Of a stretch of 64,000 nt of DNA, positions 12,380 through 24,720 are shown piece by piece. The notes under the pieces were generated by a model. The model saw only the letters and a list, made by a program, of their open reading frames with translations. It had not been told where the DNA came from and searched no databases. Numbering within the stretch: the first letter of the stretch is position 1; every line of letters starts with the position of its first letter. The stretch covers positions 168,578,001-168,642,000 of the forward strand of contig OZ038378.1 of the NCBI GenBank assembly GCA_964036045.1, written 5' to 3'. Position numbers and translations under genes: made by a program. The DNA is from Eutreptiella sp. 'Long Island Sound 2002'. Lineage: Eukaryota; Protista; Euglenida.

Positions 12380-15300
12380 CCTCGTTAAGTACACATAGGG
12401 GGGCAGTCCCAAGTAACCCTAACCCTATTCCACGGGCCCTTCCCTAACCCAAGAGCGTCCAGGACAACAAAAGCCAGATGCCCTCATTAATACTATGCCA
12501 GCCCCTGACCCATAACCCCCTCGCTTAACCCGTCGCGCCGCGTCCAGGACTTTAATCGGCCTTTGCCCTCGTTAATAGTACACCCCTAACCCTCCCGTCG
12601 CAAAAGCAGCCACAATATCAAAAGTCGCCAGCCCTCGTTAATAGTACAGTGGTTTCTGGGCCAGGGGCACGTCACGTACTTTGAGCTAGCCCTAGACTTT
12701 GAGGCCCACGCAGGTAGGGCGCTCCCGGCGCCGGGTGACCAGCGGTGGTGGGGATCATGTTGCCCATGCGCACCAAGGGATAGGTGCTCAAGTAGGCATT
12801 GGACTGGCTCCAGCCCCACATGCAGACGGGCGATCTCCGCCAAGGGAAGGAGGTGTGGATGACGAAATCCCTCCCGCCCCCGGGGGTTTCGGTGGGTGGG
12901 GTGCACAGAGCGTCCGTGATTCACGCGCCATGCGGCGTTGTTCTTCCATGCAGCGGTGTTCTTCCAGATGCGGAAATTGGAGGAGCATTGCCGGCTGTTG
13001 TGGACCCAACGCCTAGCGCGCCCGGGTAGAGGCTGGCAAGATTACCTCTTGCTAAACTATTTCCCGCTAGCCGGCCCGGGCATGGCACCGCTGCACCCCT
13101 ATGAACGCTTGCCGTGTTGCCATGGATGCGGCGTAGGTGCATGCGTTCATGCGGGTCTTTCGGACGTGGCTGCAGCCCGCCCCACTAAGGACCGACGACC
13201 GACCGCCAGAGGCTTTGGCGAGTCTGTCACCAGACCGGGCGGAGGATGGTCTCTCACCCCCACCGCAGCAGCCATGGGGGTAGCCGTCTATGTGGGTGCA
13301 ATCGCCGGACGGTTGCGAAACAGCGGACAAGCCGCTGAGTACGTGGCCTCGTCACCAACGGCAAGCAATCACCAACGCTAGAGCGCGTGGTGAGCGGGGC
13401 GCCAGCAGTGCGCGAGTGCGTGCATCCACCCCCCCCCCCCCGACTGCCCACAACCTGAGCGGATCCGGGATGCTAGGGAGGGATCACCCGGTGCTTGACG
13501 CACCGCTGTATGGTCTGCCGAGATGCAGCTAAAGACTGCCGCCAGTGTGGAGTGTGGGGTGGCGGACCCCCCCCCCCCCCCGGGGGGTATCCCATGGGCT
13601 CCTTGCTCCCCATCCCAACCATGGTGATTCCACGTGGGGAGGGGGGCCAGGAGGGGCGGCCAGCAACTGCCCACCCTCCCCCCCCCCCACCTCCCACCCC
13701 CACCCCCATTCGGCGGAAAGGGCGGGGGAGGCTCTGTTGGGCACGGGCATGCCGGGGCAAACTGGCGGCAAGCCACAGGCGGCTGCTAGTAGTGATCCCC
13801 CCAACCCCACCCCTACCCCCCCAAGCGCAGCGGGCGGGTTCGAAGAGGGTGGGGCAACGTCGCCCCATGCAGACCCTGTTTGACGCTCACAAAGCCCCTG
13901 CATGCAAGTCATGCTGAGGACACACGGGTGTGTGGCATTGCTGCTCTTGGCACCACGAGGGACACACTTGGTTGGTGACCATGGGAGGGGGTGCGCGGCG
14001 GCGCAAGTTGTGTGGGACGGGTGCCATATGTGCCCCGGGGGGGGGGGAGGGGGGGGAGGAGATGGCCTCGCATGGGCTACGCGCCAATCCGGTGTCCGAA
14101 TGGCACACCAGGGACCCGCGCCGGGGCCATGGGACGGTGGAAGGGGGAGATCCCTGACCTCGGCACCCCTGTCCTACCGTCACGCCGCGCCGCCACGGGG
14201 GGGAGTCCTGGGGACGAGAGCTTAGGTGACACCTAACCCTAACCCACACGCCCTTCCGTGACCGAAGAGCATCTAGGACATGAAAAGCCAGATGCCCTTG
14301 TTAATGGGCCATGAGGGGTATGGGTACCCGACCGCCCCCACCCCTCATCGTCATGGCCGCAGGCAGCGGCATTGGTGGGAGTGGGGAGTAGTCCAAGGGG
14401 GTGGGTGGGTGGGGAGGGGTGGCTGTCCAAGGGGGTGGAGGGAAGAAGGCGCCGGCTCCGGCGCACCAAGGGGGTAGCCGGTCCGGGACACACGAGGGCC
14501 AGTGGCGAGGTGACTTGAACACAGAGCCCTAGTCTTTCTGTCGCGCTCGGTCACCGTGGGGGGGGGAGCGCAAGGGCTAGGGCTTAGATACCCCCTAACC
14601 GTGGCCCGCAGGCCCTTCCCTAACCCTAGAGCGTCCAGGACAATAAAAGCCACATGCCCTTGTTAATAGTACAAGCGGGCCCACGAAGGGCACCGCACAA
14701 ATGTAGCGCAAGCGCGGGCATCGGTGCGTGCCTTATGTAGCTAGCCCCGCCGAGGGGGGATGTGTGGCCGCCGGTGGCGCCAGGAGTGGCACCGGCTTGC
14801 AAGGAGGCCGAACCACTCCCCTTGGCGCAGCCACTGCCGCAGCGGCAACCTCACGTGCTCACTCGAGCGCGGCTAATGGACGGCAGCGACACGGCCGATG
14901 AGCCGCCGGGAGCGCGGCTCTGTCACTGGCGGCCGGGGCTGCTGGGCAAGTGGGTGTGCCAGTGGTTATCAACGCCGGAGCATGCGACGCGCCAGGCGCC
15001 AGTAGAGCGCGGATGCGCGCGCTCACCGTATGTGCCACGGGCCGCGCCCAACCCCCCCCCCCTTGGCTCCAAGAAGAGGGTGCACAGCTTGAGTGGCTCC
15101 GGGTTGCTGGCCCCCTCGGGCCCCCGACAAGGGTATGCTGCCGATGGGTCGGGGGCTAAGCTCCTACGAGAAGTCACATTTGGGGGGGGGGATCTCCCCC
15201 CCCCCCCGCCCCCAACCCCCTCCACAATGGCGGCTGTTTTTAGCCGCATTTCGGCGGACTTGGCAGTAGCGCAGCAAGCACCGGGGGGCTCGTCTAACTT

Positions 15301-16855
15301 CATCCAACCACCTCCCTCACTCCTACCCCCGCCCCTACAGGACGCAGCAATGGAGGAGACAACGCCGGATGCAGACATGCGCGTGATAGGGCAGGTCGAT
15401 GGCGAGTTGCAGAAGGCCACCAGCGACGACCCCCCCCCCCCCCTGGCACCCACAGGCGCAACAGGCGGGGTCTAGGAGGGTAGAGCAGCGACACCCCATG
15501 CAGACTCTGTGCAACGTGCATTGAGCTCCTGAATGCAAATCAAGCCGGGGGCACAAGGGTGTGTGGCATTGCTGCTCCCGGCACCACGAGGGACACCCTC
15601 GATTGGCACTTGAGCTTGTGCCCCCTGCCCCCTTGGGGGGGGGGGGGGGCGGTGCGGAGATGGCCTCACAGAGGTCAGGAGCTTATCTGGAGTCCGCAAG
15701 ATGCGTAGGGGATCCGTGTCGGGGCCATGAGAGGGCAGAAGGGGAAGATGCCTGACCTCGGCACCCCTGTCCTTCCGTCGCGCCGGGTCACCACCGGGGG
15801 GAGTCCTAGGGGCGAGGGCTTAGGCTATCCCCCTAACCCTAACCCACGCGCCCTTCCTTGATCCAACAGCATCCAAGACAAATAAAAGCCACACTCCCTC
15901 GTTGCTAGTACAACATCCAGGACAATAAAAGCTACATGCCCTTGTTAATAGTACATACCCATATCTCCCCCGCTTAACCCGTCGCACAGCGTCCAGGACT
16001 ATAGTGGGCCTTTACCCTCGTGGGGGATAGTTTCTGTTTGTTCTCAGGAGGGGGGGCTGCGCTTTTCTGCCCCCCCCCCCCTCCCCTTTGCCGGCATTCC
16101 TAATCCGTTTGAAAGGGGGGCTCGATAGCCCCTCCTAGTGGATCAGTTTGTGCCAAAGAGGGATGAGGTCACACACACACCCTCCTCCTATCCCCAACCC
16201 CCCACCCCTTGCCCCCCAGACCACAGCGACAAGGGGGGGGGGGGGGGCTGGCGGCACCACCGCCTTCATTGAGGGGGCCACTGGCCCAGCCCACCAGTGG
16301 TGGCAATGGAGGGGGCTTGCTGGTTGCCAGAGCGGCCGGCCTCTCTGCGCATTGTGGGGCTCAGCCGGCTTTCGCAGCCGCCAGCCCAATGGTTTTATGG
16401 GCAGGGGAACCCCCGTGCAGCCCGAGCCCACGCCCAGGGCACAAGGTGTTCTCATGGGGGGAGGGGGATCGCAATCACCCCATCCCACTGGCCCTATGGG
16501 GGATGCATGGAGGAAGGCTGTGCCCATAAGCCCCTTCCCCATCAAGCGGCCGCGGGCAGCGGCACCGGCGGGGGCCCTGGGCCGACCGCGGAGGGGGGAC
16601 ACGCCCCCCACAAGAGGGACGAGGGCGCTGGCTCCGGCGCACCAAGGGGCAACAAGGCGCCAGTCCCGGCACATGGGATGGCTAGCAGCAAGGTCATCTG
16701 ACCCCGGACACCTAGTCCTTCCGTCATGCCGCAGCGCCAAGGGGTGGGCGGGGGGGGGGGCGGTGTCGCCAGCCCCTAACCATAACCCTCTCGCTTAAAC
16801 TGTCGCACAGCGTCCGGGACTTTAATCGGCCTTTGCCTTCGTTAGTAGTACAGAT

Positions 16856-16856
<1 letters not shown>
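12380..16856. repeat. Composite GC-rich repeat built of degenerate direct-repeat modules
   Basis: 13925-14300 resembles 15555-15912. 12500-12584 resembles 16775-16851. The motif cgtccaggac(a)ataaaagcc..atgccc(t/c)tgttaatagtaca recurs at least 5 times. Several CCCTAACCCTAA(CCC) motifs. Confidence 0.85.
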
Positions 16857-16857
<1 letters not shown>

Positions 16858-16925
<68 letters not shown>

Positions 16926-16929
16926 CACA
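16858..16929. repeat. (CA)n microsatellite
   Basis: Direct reading. Confidence 0.98.
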
Positions 16930-17879
16930 AAGAACCCCCATCTGCGACACATTCTAAGGCCTGGACCATGCCATCACTGGTGCACAACACAACTCAACTC
17001 CTCTGATCCAATGCTGAACACCCTTTGCCTTTGGTAAACAAATGGGATGGGCTTGGGTGGGCTACTCTTCCTGGGCACTATCCTTGGCCACTGCCCACCA
17101 GGTGACCCTTCTAAGCATTGGGGACCACATGGGCAAACAGTTTTGTGCGCTCTGACTAAGGGCTTAGTGTGTGGGAGGAACGGGGGACAGGTAAGCCACA
17201 ATGCTGCGAGCAGAGGAGGGCAGTCATAAGGGCACCACACAGTCAGGGGCCTTGAGGAATGATGGGGCACATTGCAGTGGTTGCATTTCAGCCCATTTTG
17301 ACCCTGTGTGCACCGATTAAAACATTTTCATTCTTCCCCACTTGGGGACCCCGAGACAGCAAGGGTTATGTAGCCCATTTGATTCCTCCCTGCTCTGGGG
17401 ACACTGAGACGGCAGGGTTTATGTAGCCCATTTGATTTCTCCCAGCTCTTGTATTGTAGCGGCACAAGGCAACGAGGTGAATGTTCATTGGGAGGCATTG
17501 GTATGCGCGCATCAAAGTTGGCTACTTTGGGTCCTTGAAAAAAGTAGCAGCCAGTCCCGTGCAAGGAATGACCGCAACCTGCACTTCCTTGCCAAGGAGA
17601 TCCCAAAGAGCAATGACCCCGGTGTGGACTAGTGAGTGTGCATAGTTGGCCCCCATGTTTGTCCATGTTGGAAACAAGCAATTTGAGAATTCTGGAGAGT
17701 GATCAACAACAATGCCATTTTATTTTGGTATGTTGCTTAGATGCACACTGTTTGGGAGCTTTTAGATTGCTTGCACTCTACTACAGTGAATGCAACCACG
17801 CAAAAGTGCTCCAGGAGGGTCTCTTGGCACTAAATGGGGATTGCAAACACACGGAATATCCGGACCCCAACCACATCCC

Positions 17880-18330
17880 CCTCGTACCCCCATTCACCGC
17901 CACAGGACAGCCTTGGATTACTTCCACATGCTTGCTACTGCCCCCAATTCCTGCCATAACCCCTGTTCAGCCCCAAGGGACAGCCTTGGATTGCTTTTAC
18001 ATGCCTACACTCATCCCACAATGGTGCCATATCCTCATCTTACCCCAATTCAGCACTAGGGAACAACCTTGGATTACTTTTACATACCTCCACTCACCCC
18101 AGACCACCACCATATCCTCCTCTCAGGCCCCATTCAGCACCAAAGGACAGCCCTGGATTATTTTATGTGCCTGCGCCCACCTACCATACCCCGGTCTTGC
18201 CCCTATGCAGCTCCAAGGGAGAACCCTGGGTTACTTTTTCATGCCTACACCCACCCCTAACCCCTGCCACATCCCTCTCTTGTCCCCATTCAGCGCCAAG
18301 GGACAGCCATGGACCATTTTCAGCCCTCAC
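17880..18330. repeat. Degenerate tandem repeat, ~80-bp unit x6
   Basis: Core ggacagccttggattac(t) near 17905, 17977, 18059, 18145, 18217 and 18300. Confidence 0.85.
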
Positions 18331-19119
18331 CCCCATCCGCCATCTTGTGATCTGAGGTACAGTTGTGTTTTTGACCCTCTAGGTCCAAATATGTCTTTGT
18401 AGCGTACAGTCGGGATCCTTGATAACAAAGGCCTTGAGTCAGATTTTTTTGCTATTGTGTATATGTTTATCATATGCTGTTGCTATGCCAAGTGTCCCGC
18501 ACTGCAGCCTGTCTGTTTAGCTGGTCGATTGTAGCAACACTGCAGCCTTGTCTTTTACCTGTTCTGGGTGTTGTGCTTTTTGTTGTTCAATTTAGTGAGG
18601 GTTGGAGCGTTCTTTGGTGTGTGTTGGTGTGGCTGTCGACACACTTGGGAGGTCTGAGGTTCTTTGGTCATGGTTGAGGTTTTTTTTTGGTAGTAGAACA
18701 GGGTTTTTTTTTTGTGTATTTTGGATTTTTGTTAAGAATTGGGTTTTTTGCACAAAGGGGTGGGCACAGGTCGCTTTGTTCCCCTAGACTCTGGAGACTC
18801 AAACACATCGCCAGCCCAACCCACAGCATCCTTGGTGCATCACAGGACGCAAGGAATCTGCTGTTCTCGTAGTTCAAGGCCAGCTTCTCCATTCAGTAGG
18901 TGTTCTTACACCTGTTGCACGCAGCCCCCCACTTTTTACCAATAAATCCTTTACTCCTCAGTTGCCAAAAAAAACCCAATTGCCCACCCCCCCCATTTAT
19001 GTGCCAAGAAAAACTCAGTCCTTGCCCGAAATCCCCCAGAGTGTACCCAGCACCCCCCAATCAGACAGCAAACTGTACCCCCCCACGTGTGTCTGGGAAT
19101 CGCCTTGCGCAAGAACCGC

Positions 19120-19354
19120 CCCCTGGCTCCGCGGTCGAATTCTCGCACTACTTTTTTTTACCACAGAATTGGGTTTTTCGTGGTTCTGGTGGATGCAGGA
19201 CAGCTATTCAGGTGTGCAGGACAATATTTTATGTGTATTGCATGGTTTGCAGCATTTGGAAGGTCATATTTGCTTTTGTACCACCTCTTCCATTCCTTGT
19301 TATTGTAGTCTTACCTGTATGCTTTCCCCCCAAATTTGACCGCGGAACCAGGGG
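19120..19354. repeat. 22-bp inverted repeat pair (MITE-like)
   Basis: 19120-19141 cccctggctccgcggtcgaatt matches the reverse complement of 19333-19354 at 20/22. Confidence 0.6.
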
Positions 19355-20666
19355 TTGCCTCTTGCACACGACTGTGAGCAGCCCCGTACCGTGGAAAAAA
19401 AATTTTCCGGCGTGTTGCGCCAGGGTATGCGATGGTCGGTGCAGTGTCCTGTGCAGAACTACTACTTGCGGGGAGCGAAGCATTGGGCCCAAAAAAGTTG
19501 GTGATCTCCGTTTTCTTCTGGTCAGGCCTCGCAGAAAAGAAATTGGTAATCTCAGGTTATCTGGACAGGTTGCACACTGGGGGGTGCAGAATGCCGTGCG
19601 CGCCGTTCAGCAGATCGCTCCACGGGCCGTGTCCTTGGGGGTGCGGATGGGGACCGACTTGCTGCACTATCCCAGTCCGCAAAATCGGGTATCATGGGAA
19701 TGGGACGTGAGAGGTTGGCAATTAAAGCAGCTGGGTGCTTCACCAGACGCTCATTGCGTTTGTACTCAATACCCACTGTCTCAGACTGGGCACCAGGACC
19801 CCAAAAAGTGGCTGGAACAAGAGAGCCATCAGATTGCAGACAGAAGACAGACTCACTGGCAGTGTACATGGGAACGTCTATGGTAACCACACAATCTCTT
19901 GATGAGTAAACTCTACCAAAGGTTCAATGGCCCACAGACCCATGGGATGGGGAAAAGGAATCTCTGTGGGTGGAGCAGCAGCAACAGTAGCCAGCATAAA
20001 TTATGATGGCAACAACAGCAATGGATGATCATGACACTTGCACTGTCCCTGCTGGTTGTCCACATCTTGCAATCTTCAGCCCAATTCACCTAACCCAGCC
20101 CTCCGCCGCATGTCGGTTTTGGCCAATTGTATTGATCGCCTCTATGTTGTCTTTGATGACTATCACAATCATTCAGCTCTGTGTTGTCTTTGATGACCAT
20201 CACAATCATTCAGCAGCCCCTCTTGCCGACATGGACATGCATTTTTTACTGCTGACTAGCATGCCCAATTATGCTGATGGTTTCATGTCAAAAGCATCCA
20301 CTTATGCATTTACAATTAAAATCTGTGTGCAGGTTTGATTTGGACTCTGATGAAGGCTTTGGCCCAAAAGCCAGAGAGCAGACTGTTGAGGTCAGACCCA
20401 AATTTTGTTTCGGATTGTTTTTCCGTTGATAGCCTCTCCAGTTTTGTGAATACATGTGGCCACCAGCCGATTGTTTTTCTGTTGATCGCTGCAGCTTTGT
20501 GAATATGTGTGCTATCAATCGAAGTGCGGTTCCAGCAACCAGTGATGTATGCTGTTGCTGTTTCAAATTAAATGGGTACATTGTAATGTCTGGTGTTCGT
20601 CACAATTTTAATAGGCATCGTTTCACTTGCCGCTTCTCATTCTTGTGTTGCAATTGTGCTGCCATA

Positions 20667-21750
20667 GGGGGTGTATTGCGCGCTGTCCGCGCCAGGGGGT
20701 GCCATAAGGACGCTCACCCTTTTTTTTTTTACTATGGCATGCACTCTCTGATGTTGAGGTGACACCAGGTCCTGAGGTACCTTAGTTGGTAGTTGTACTA
20801 AACTTTAGTACCAAGGGTCCCAGGTTCCATTCCTGGAGTACATGCTCTTTTTGGCTTCGCTTTTTTGGTCTTTTTTATGTCTGCATGTTACCCCAGGACT
20901 GTGTTTGGCTTCTTTTTTTTTTTGGTGTGTTTTATGTCCGCATGTGACGTCCAGCGGTTACCCTCCAACTGCCATTGGTTACCCACCGACCGCCATCGGT
21001 TACCCACCAACCGCCATCGGTTACCCACCAACTGCTATCGGTTACCCACCAACCGCCATCGTAGGGTGTATTGGACACTCCGAGTTTTTTTTTTTCATTA
21101 CGGCACCCCCTGGTCCGCGCACCGTGCACACACTATGCACAAAGTTTGTACAGGACCATACCCAAGCTGCATAGTGGTGCCTCAGATAAATGCATAACAA
21201 GGCTCATTGTATAACAATGAGCCTTGTTATGCATTTATCTGAGCTGCTTGCATGCTTTGCCCTCATGTTTTGCATCCTTTCCTATAGTTTTGTGGTATCT
21301 ACCAAGAATTTGGAAACTATGGCTTGCGATGAGGAAGAAATGTAGAGGTTGCGACAAAATGAAGTGGAAGTGGAAGGAGGCTGAAAAGGTGGCATCACAA
21401 TCGGCAACAAAATCCCATGCTCCTAGTGTCTCAGAATTATTCTGGACACTGTGGTGAGGTTGTTTAGACAACTGTGAAAAAGGTTCGCAGATATCTCAAT
21501 ATGTTGGTGGATGATGTTTGATGGTCTAACCGCTTGAACCATTATAATCATAGCCCACGTGACCCACTTCACTGACTCTATACTCATTAGCTCGATGGGC
21601 GGTGGCCTTGGGTGGGTTGGGGGTTGGAGGTGGGGTGAAAGATGAGGCTATCCAACATTGTGGGGGTGTAGTATGGTGTGTACAGGCAAGAATATTGCCA
21701 ATGGTGCGCGTTGTGTCCGCGTTGTGCCCGTGCTGTGCACACACGCCCCC
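20667..21750 (+). mobile_element. Degenerate PIF/Harbinger-like element (diverged subfamily) with ATA TSD
   Basis: ATA|GGGGGTGT...ACGCCCCC|ATA. Internal 21460-21570 reads VKKVRRYLNMLVDDV*WSNRLNHYNHSP, homologous to VCKVRRYLNLAVDEVHWSDRLNRFNHNP in the ORF at 24721. Confidence 0.7.
20956..21060. repeat. 21-bp tandem repeat x5 (ggttacccaccaaccgccatc), part of a short interspersed repeat at ~20930-21115
   Basis: 105 nt = 5 x 21. Produces the spurious GYPPTAI peptide repeat. Confidence 0.92.
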
Positions 21751-22696
21751 ATAGTAGCAAAGCAAATTGGCAAACAGGAACAAGGCAAGAATCTACCGAG
21801 AAGGCCAATTTGATAACATGTATCCGAATGCCCACCCCCTCGTCCTGTGCACAGCCAAGTATGGAAGAATGGACACTGCCGTTACACCTGCACTGCCCTA
21901 CCCAAGTCTGCCCCTACAGTGCCTCGTCCCGCCCTGTCAAAGTATCTGTGTTTATGTAGTGCACAAAAGCCCCCCCGCTCCAAGCCCACTCATCTTTTGA
22001 AGTGAAGTGCAGTGTGTTGCCCCCCTGCCAGCACAAGGGTGTGGTATCTTCCACGGGATTCCCCGTTGTCAGACCACCCAACAATGCCCAGCCATGCCCT
22101 GCCCCCCCATTGCTATAAGAGGAGCCAGCCAGCTATAGCAGCCCCCTTGGCTAACGGGGCAGCAACCACCGCATCATGAACATGGTCAGGTGATTCCCCA
22201 ACCTACAGCTTCAAAGGACAAGAAGGGGTGAAAGTGGGTGGCAGGGTAGCAGGCAATATCCTTAAAATAGCATCACCAACCTCAAACGACGGAAAAGTTA
22301 TGATCTTCATAAACCACCAAAGAAAGTAACCGCGAAATTGCGTGGTTCTACAGGTTGCAGAAACAACACCTACTGTTGCTTTGACCCAGAGGGTGCTGAC
22401 GCCGGTGCGCGCAGTGCGGTGCGCGGTGTGACGTCAGCCCAATGCACACACAAATTAAGCTGCGGTTGGGAGACCCTGGCAAAGCACGCGGTGGCCATGG
22501 CCGCGGTTGGGGCCACTAAAGGTTGCTCAAACGTGGCCAGTGGGCACTGTACGCAATGGTTGGGTGATGCTATTGGTGTGTATGGGCAAAACACGCTTTG
22601 GGGGCATTCTTTGGGGGGCAGTGGCGATGATGCATGCATGTGTATGCACAAAAGTTTCCCATTTCAATGCATTGTCCCCCACCAGATCACATGTCC

Positions 22697-22812
22697 ATGA
22701 ATTCCGAACTGTTGACACTAGGCATTGGTGTCCTCTATCTTCGAGGCACTACGAACGAGCGTGTGCCCGCCACCATTGTGGGCTCATTGTCAAAGCCGGA
22801 TTGTGTGGAGTG
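22697..22812 (+). pseudogene. Diverged Tudor-like N-terminal module of the transposon family
   Basis: MNSELLTLGIGVLYLRGTTNERVPATIVG aligns by eye with MDFNVGDRVFYTRSNGVRVPATVVG at 23270. Confidence 0.5.
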
Positions 22813-23009
22813 GAGGAGACCGCTGTTGCATGCAGACCCTTTAGGCCACCGCGTCCCTGCTTACCTTCCAAAAGGGTGTGCATTGCACTAAAACATTGCA
22901 TCATGTGACACGCGCGCCTGCTTCGACCACTGCCGACATGGGCGTATTGATGGTATTTTCCTCAAACGGAAATAGTTTCTTCATGTTTTTCAAGAACTAG
23001 GATTCCCAA

Positions 23010-23717
23010 GGGGCGTACCGTGCGCTGTGCGCGCGCTGTGCACGCACTGTGCGAAAAGTAGGCCATTCTCCACCACCGGTAGGCAGTTTTTTGGGTAGGG
23101 TACTATTGCCATTGTGTATCCTTGTAGCATCAACCCTCCCCCTTCTTGCGTGTATGTACCTTTGCAAACGGGCACCCTGAGGCCGGTATATGGTGATACA
23201 TTCTTACGGTGTCTGCCGCGGGGCATCATCTTTTGCTCTCATTTCTCAGACCCTCTATTGCATTCACCATGGACTTTAATGTTGGAGATAGGGTGTTCTA
23301 CACTCGCTCTAATGGGGTGCGAGTTCCTGCCACAATGGTGGGGTTTGCGCCCGACGGATTAGTCCACTTGGAGTATTTCCGAGACGCGGTGAAGGTGGTG
23401 AATCGGCAGTGCAAAGTTAAGTCCATCTCCTTTGCCATCTCGAGTGCCGACTCACCGCCCCCTCATTTCCCTTATCTTGTGACCCATTTCACTGATGCCA
23501 TGCCAATCAGTTCTATTGGTGGTGCTCTTTCCAATATACTATTCAACCCCAAGTATGCGGGTTGTGTGTGGAAGATTACCGTGGCCGTGGACCACTTGGG
23601 TAACATTGTGTAGATATGCCTTGTCCTACCCGGCACTAGTGCCGATGTTAAGATATGGGACACCGTAATAATTGGCGCTGTGCGCGCGCTGTGCGCGCAC
23701 TGTGCGAAAACGCCCCC
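23010..23717 (+). mobile_element. Non-autonomous internal-deletion derivative of the element at 24119-25908
   Basis: Near-identical to both ends of 24119-25908, with two internal deletions (junction microhomologies CCCT and ACA). Termini GGGGCGT / ACGCCCCC. TSD ambiguous because of the C run. Confidence 0.9.
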
Positions 23718-24369
23718 CCCAAACAATCAAGTGGAATTTGGGGGTCATGAAGGGGGTGCACACCTTTGCGCACGCATGCCCTACCAAGTCGGCATCTTGT
23801 GGTGCTCTACCTCCTTCCTTGAACTACTTATGGGCATTTTTATTCATCTTGAACCCATCTCGTCCCTTGCCCCACTGTTGAGAATTCAAGTAGTGGTGCA
23901 GCTGCAAGATTGAGCACTTTATTATTATGGTGCCACTGCATCCAATTTGTTACTCCACCAGAGCAATGAGGGCATGTGTGCACTTGTTGTGTTGCAGCAC
24001 ACATGTGCTCCCGGTCAATGAATGGTACCAGCAAGAATTCCTTGGGAGCACAAAGAATCAATCTGAAATGAAGTGTTGCTTGGTAACGAGCGAAGACGAA
24101 CCAGGGATGGATATAATAGGGGGCGTACCGTGCGCTGTGCGAAAAGTAGGCCATTCTCCACCACCGGTAGGCAATTTTTTGGGTGTAGGATTGCCGCAGG
24201 GTACTATTGCCATTGTGTATCCTTGTAGCATCAACCCTCCCCCTTCTTGCGTGTATGTACCTTTGCAAACGGGCACCCTGAGGCCCGTATATGGTGATAC
24301 ATTCTTACGGTGTCTGCCGCGGGGCATCATCTTTTGCTCTCATTTCTCAGACCCTCTATTGCATTCACC

Positions 24370-24720
24370 ATGGACTTTAATGTTGGAGATAGGGTGTTCT
24401 ACACTCGCTCTAATGGGGTGCGAGTTCCTGCCACGGTGGTGGGGTTTGCGCCCGACGGATTAGTCCAGAGACGCGGTGAAGATGGTGAATCGGCAGTGCA
24501 AAGTTGAGTTCATCTCCTTTGCCATCTCGAGTGCCGACTCACCGCCCCCTTGCTCACACAGCCCTTCGCCGCCGCCTGACGATCGGGGAAGGGCTCCATC
24601 AAAATCAGCAACTCCACCACCCCGTGCAAAGCCGCCCACCCCCAAGACTACACAACGGTCTCGGGAGGCTAGCAAGTAGCTCGCTGCCGCCGTGAAGACC
24701 TTGAAGGGTGGGCTGAGGTC
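24370..24720 (+). pseudogene. Disrupted N-terminal part of the transposase (Tudor-like barrel + Pro-rich linker)
   Basis: MDFNVGDRVFYTRSNGVRVPATVVGFAPDGLV..., then a 14-nt deletion relative to the copy at 23270, TAG at 24677-24679 and a 1-nt frame offset before 24721. Confidence 0.7.

Noticed and set aside
12415-16790. CCCTAA units as a telomere or interstitial telomeric array
   Set aside because: Never more than ~2.5 units in a row, and embedded in a repeat module.
17880-18330. CRISPR-like or coding interpretation of tandem arrays (also 20956-21060, 46312-46440, 48165-48610)
   Set aside because: Degenerate tandem units without unique spacers, no cas genes, and a eukaryotic context.
18900-19886. 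328-aa ORF including AHWGVQNAVRAVQQ, faintly like an integrase zinc-binding motif
   Set aside because: Runs through repeats and an inverted-repeat pair. No following CxxC or DDE core.
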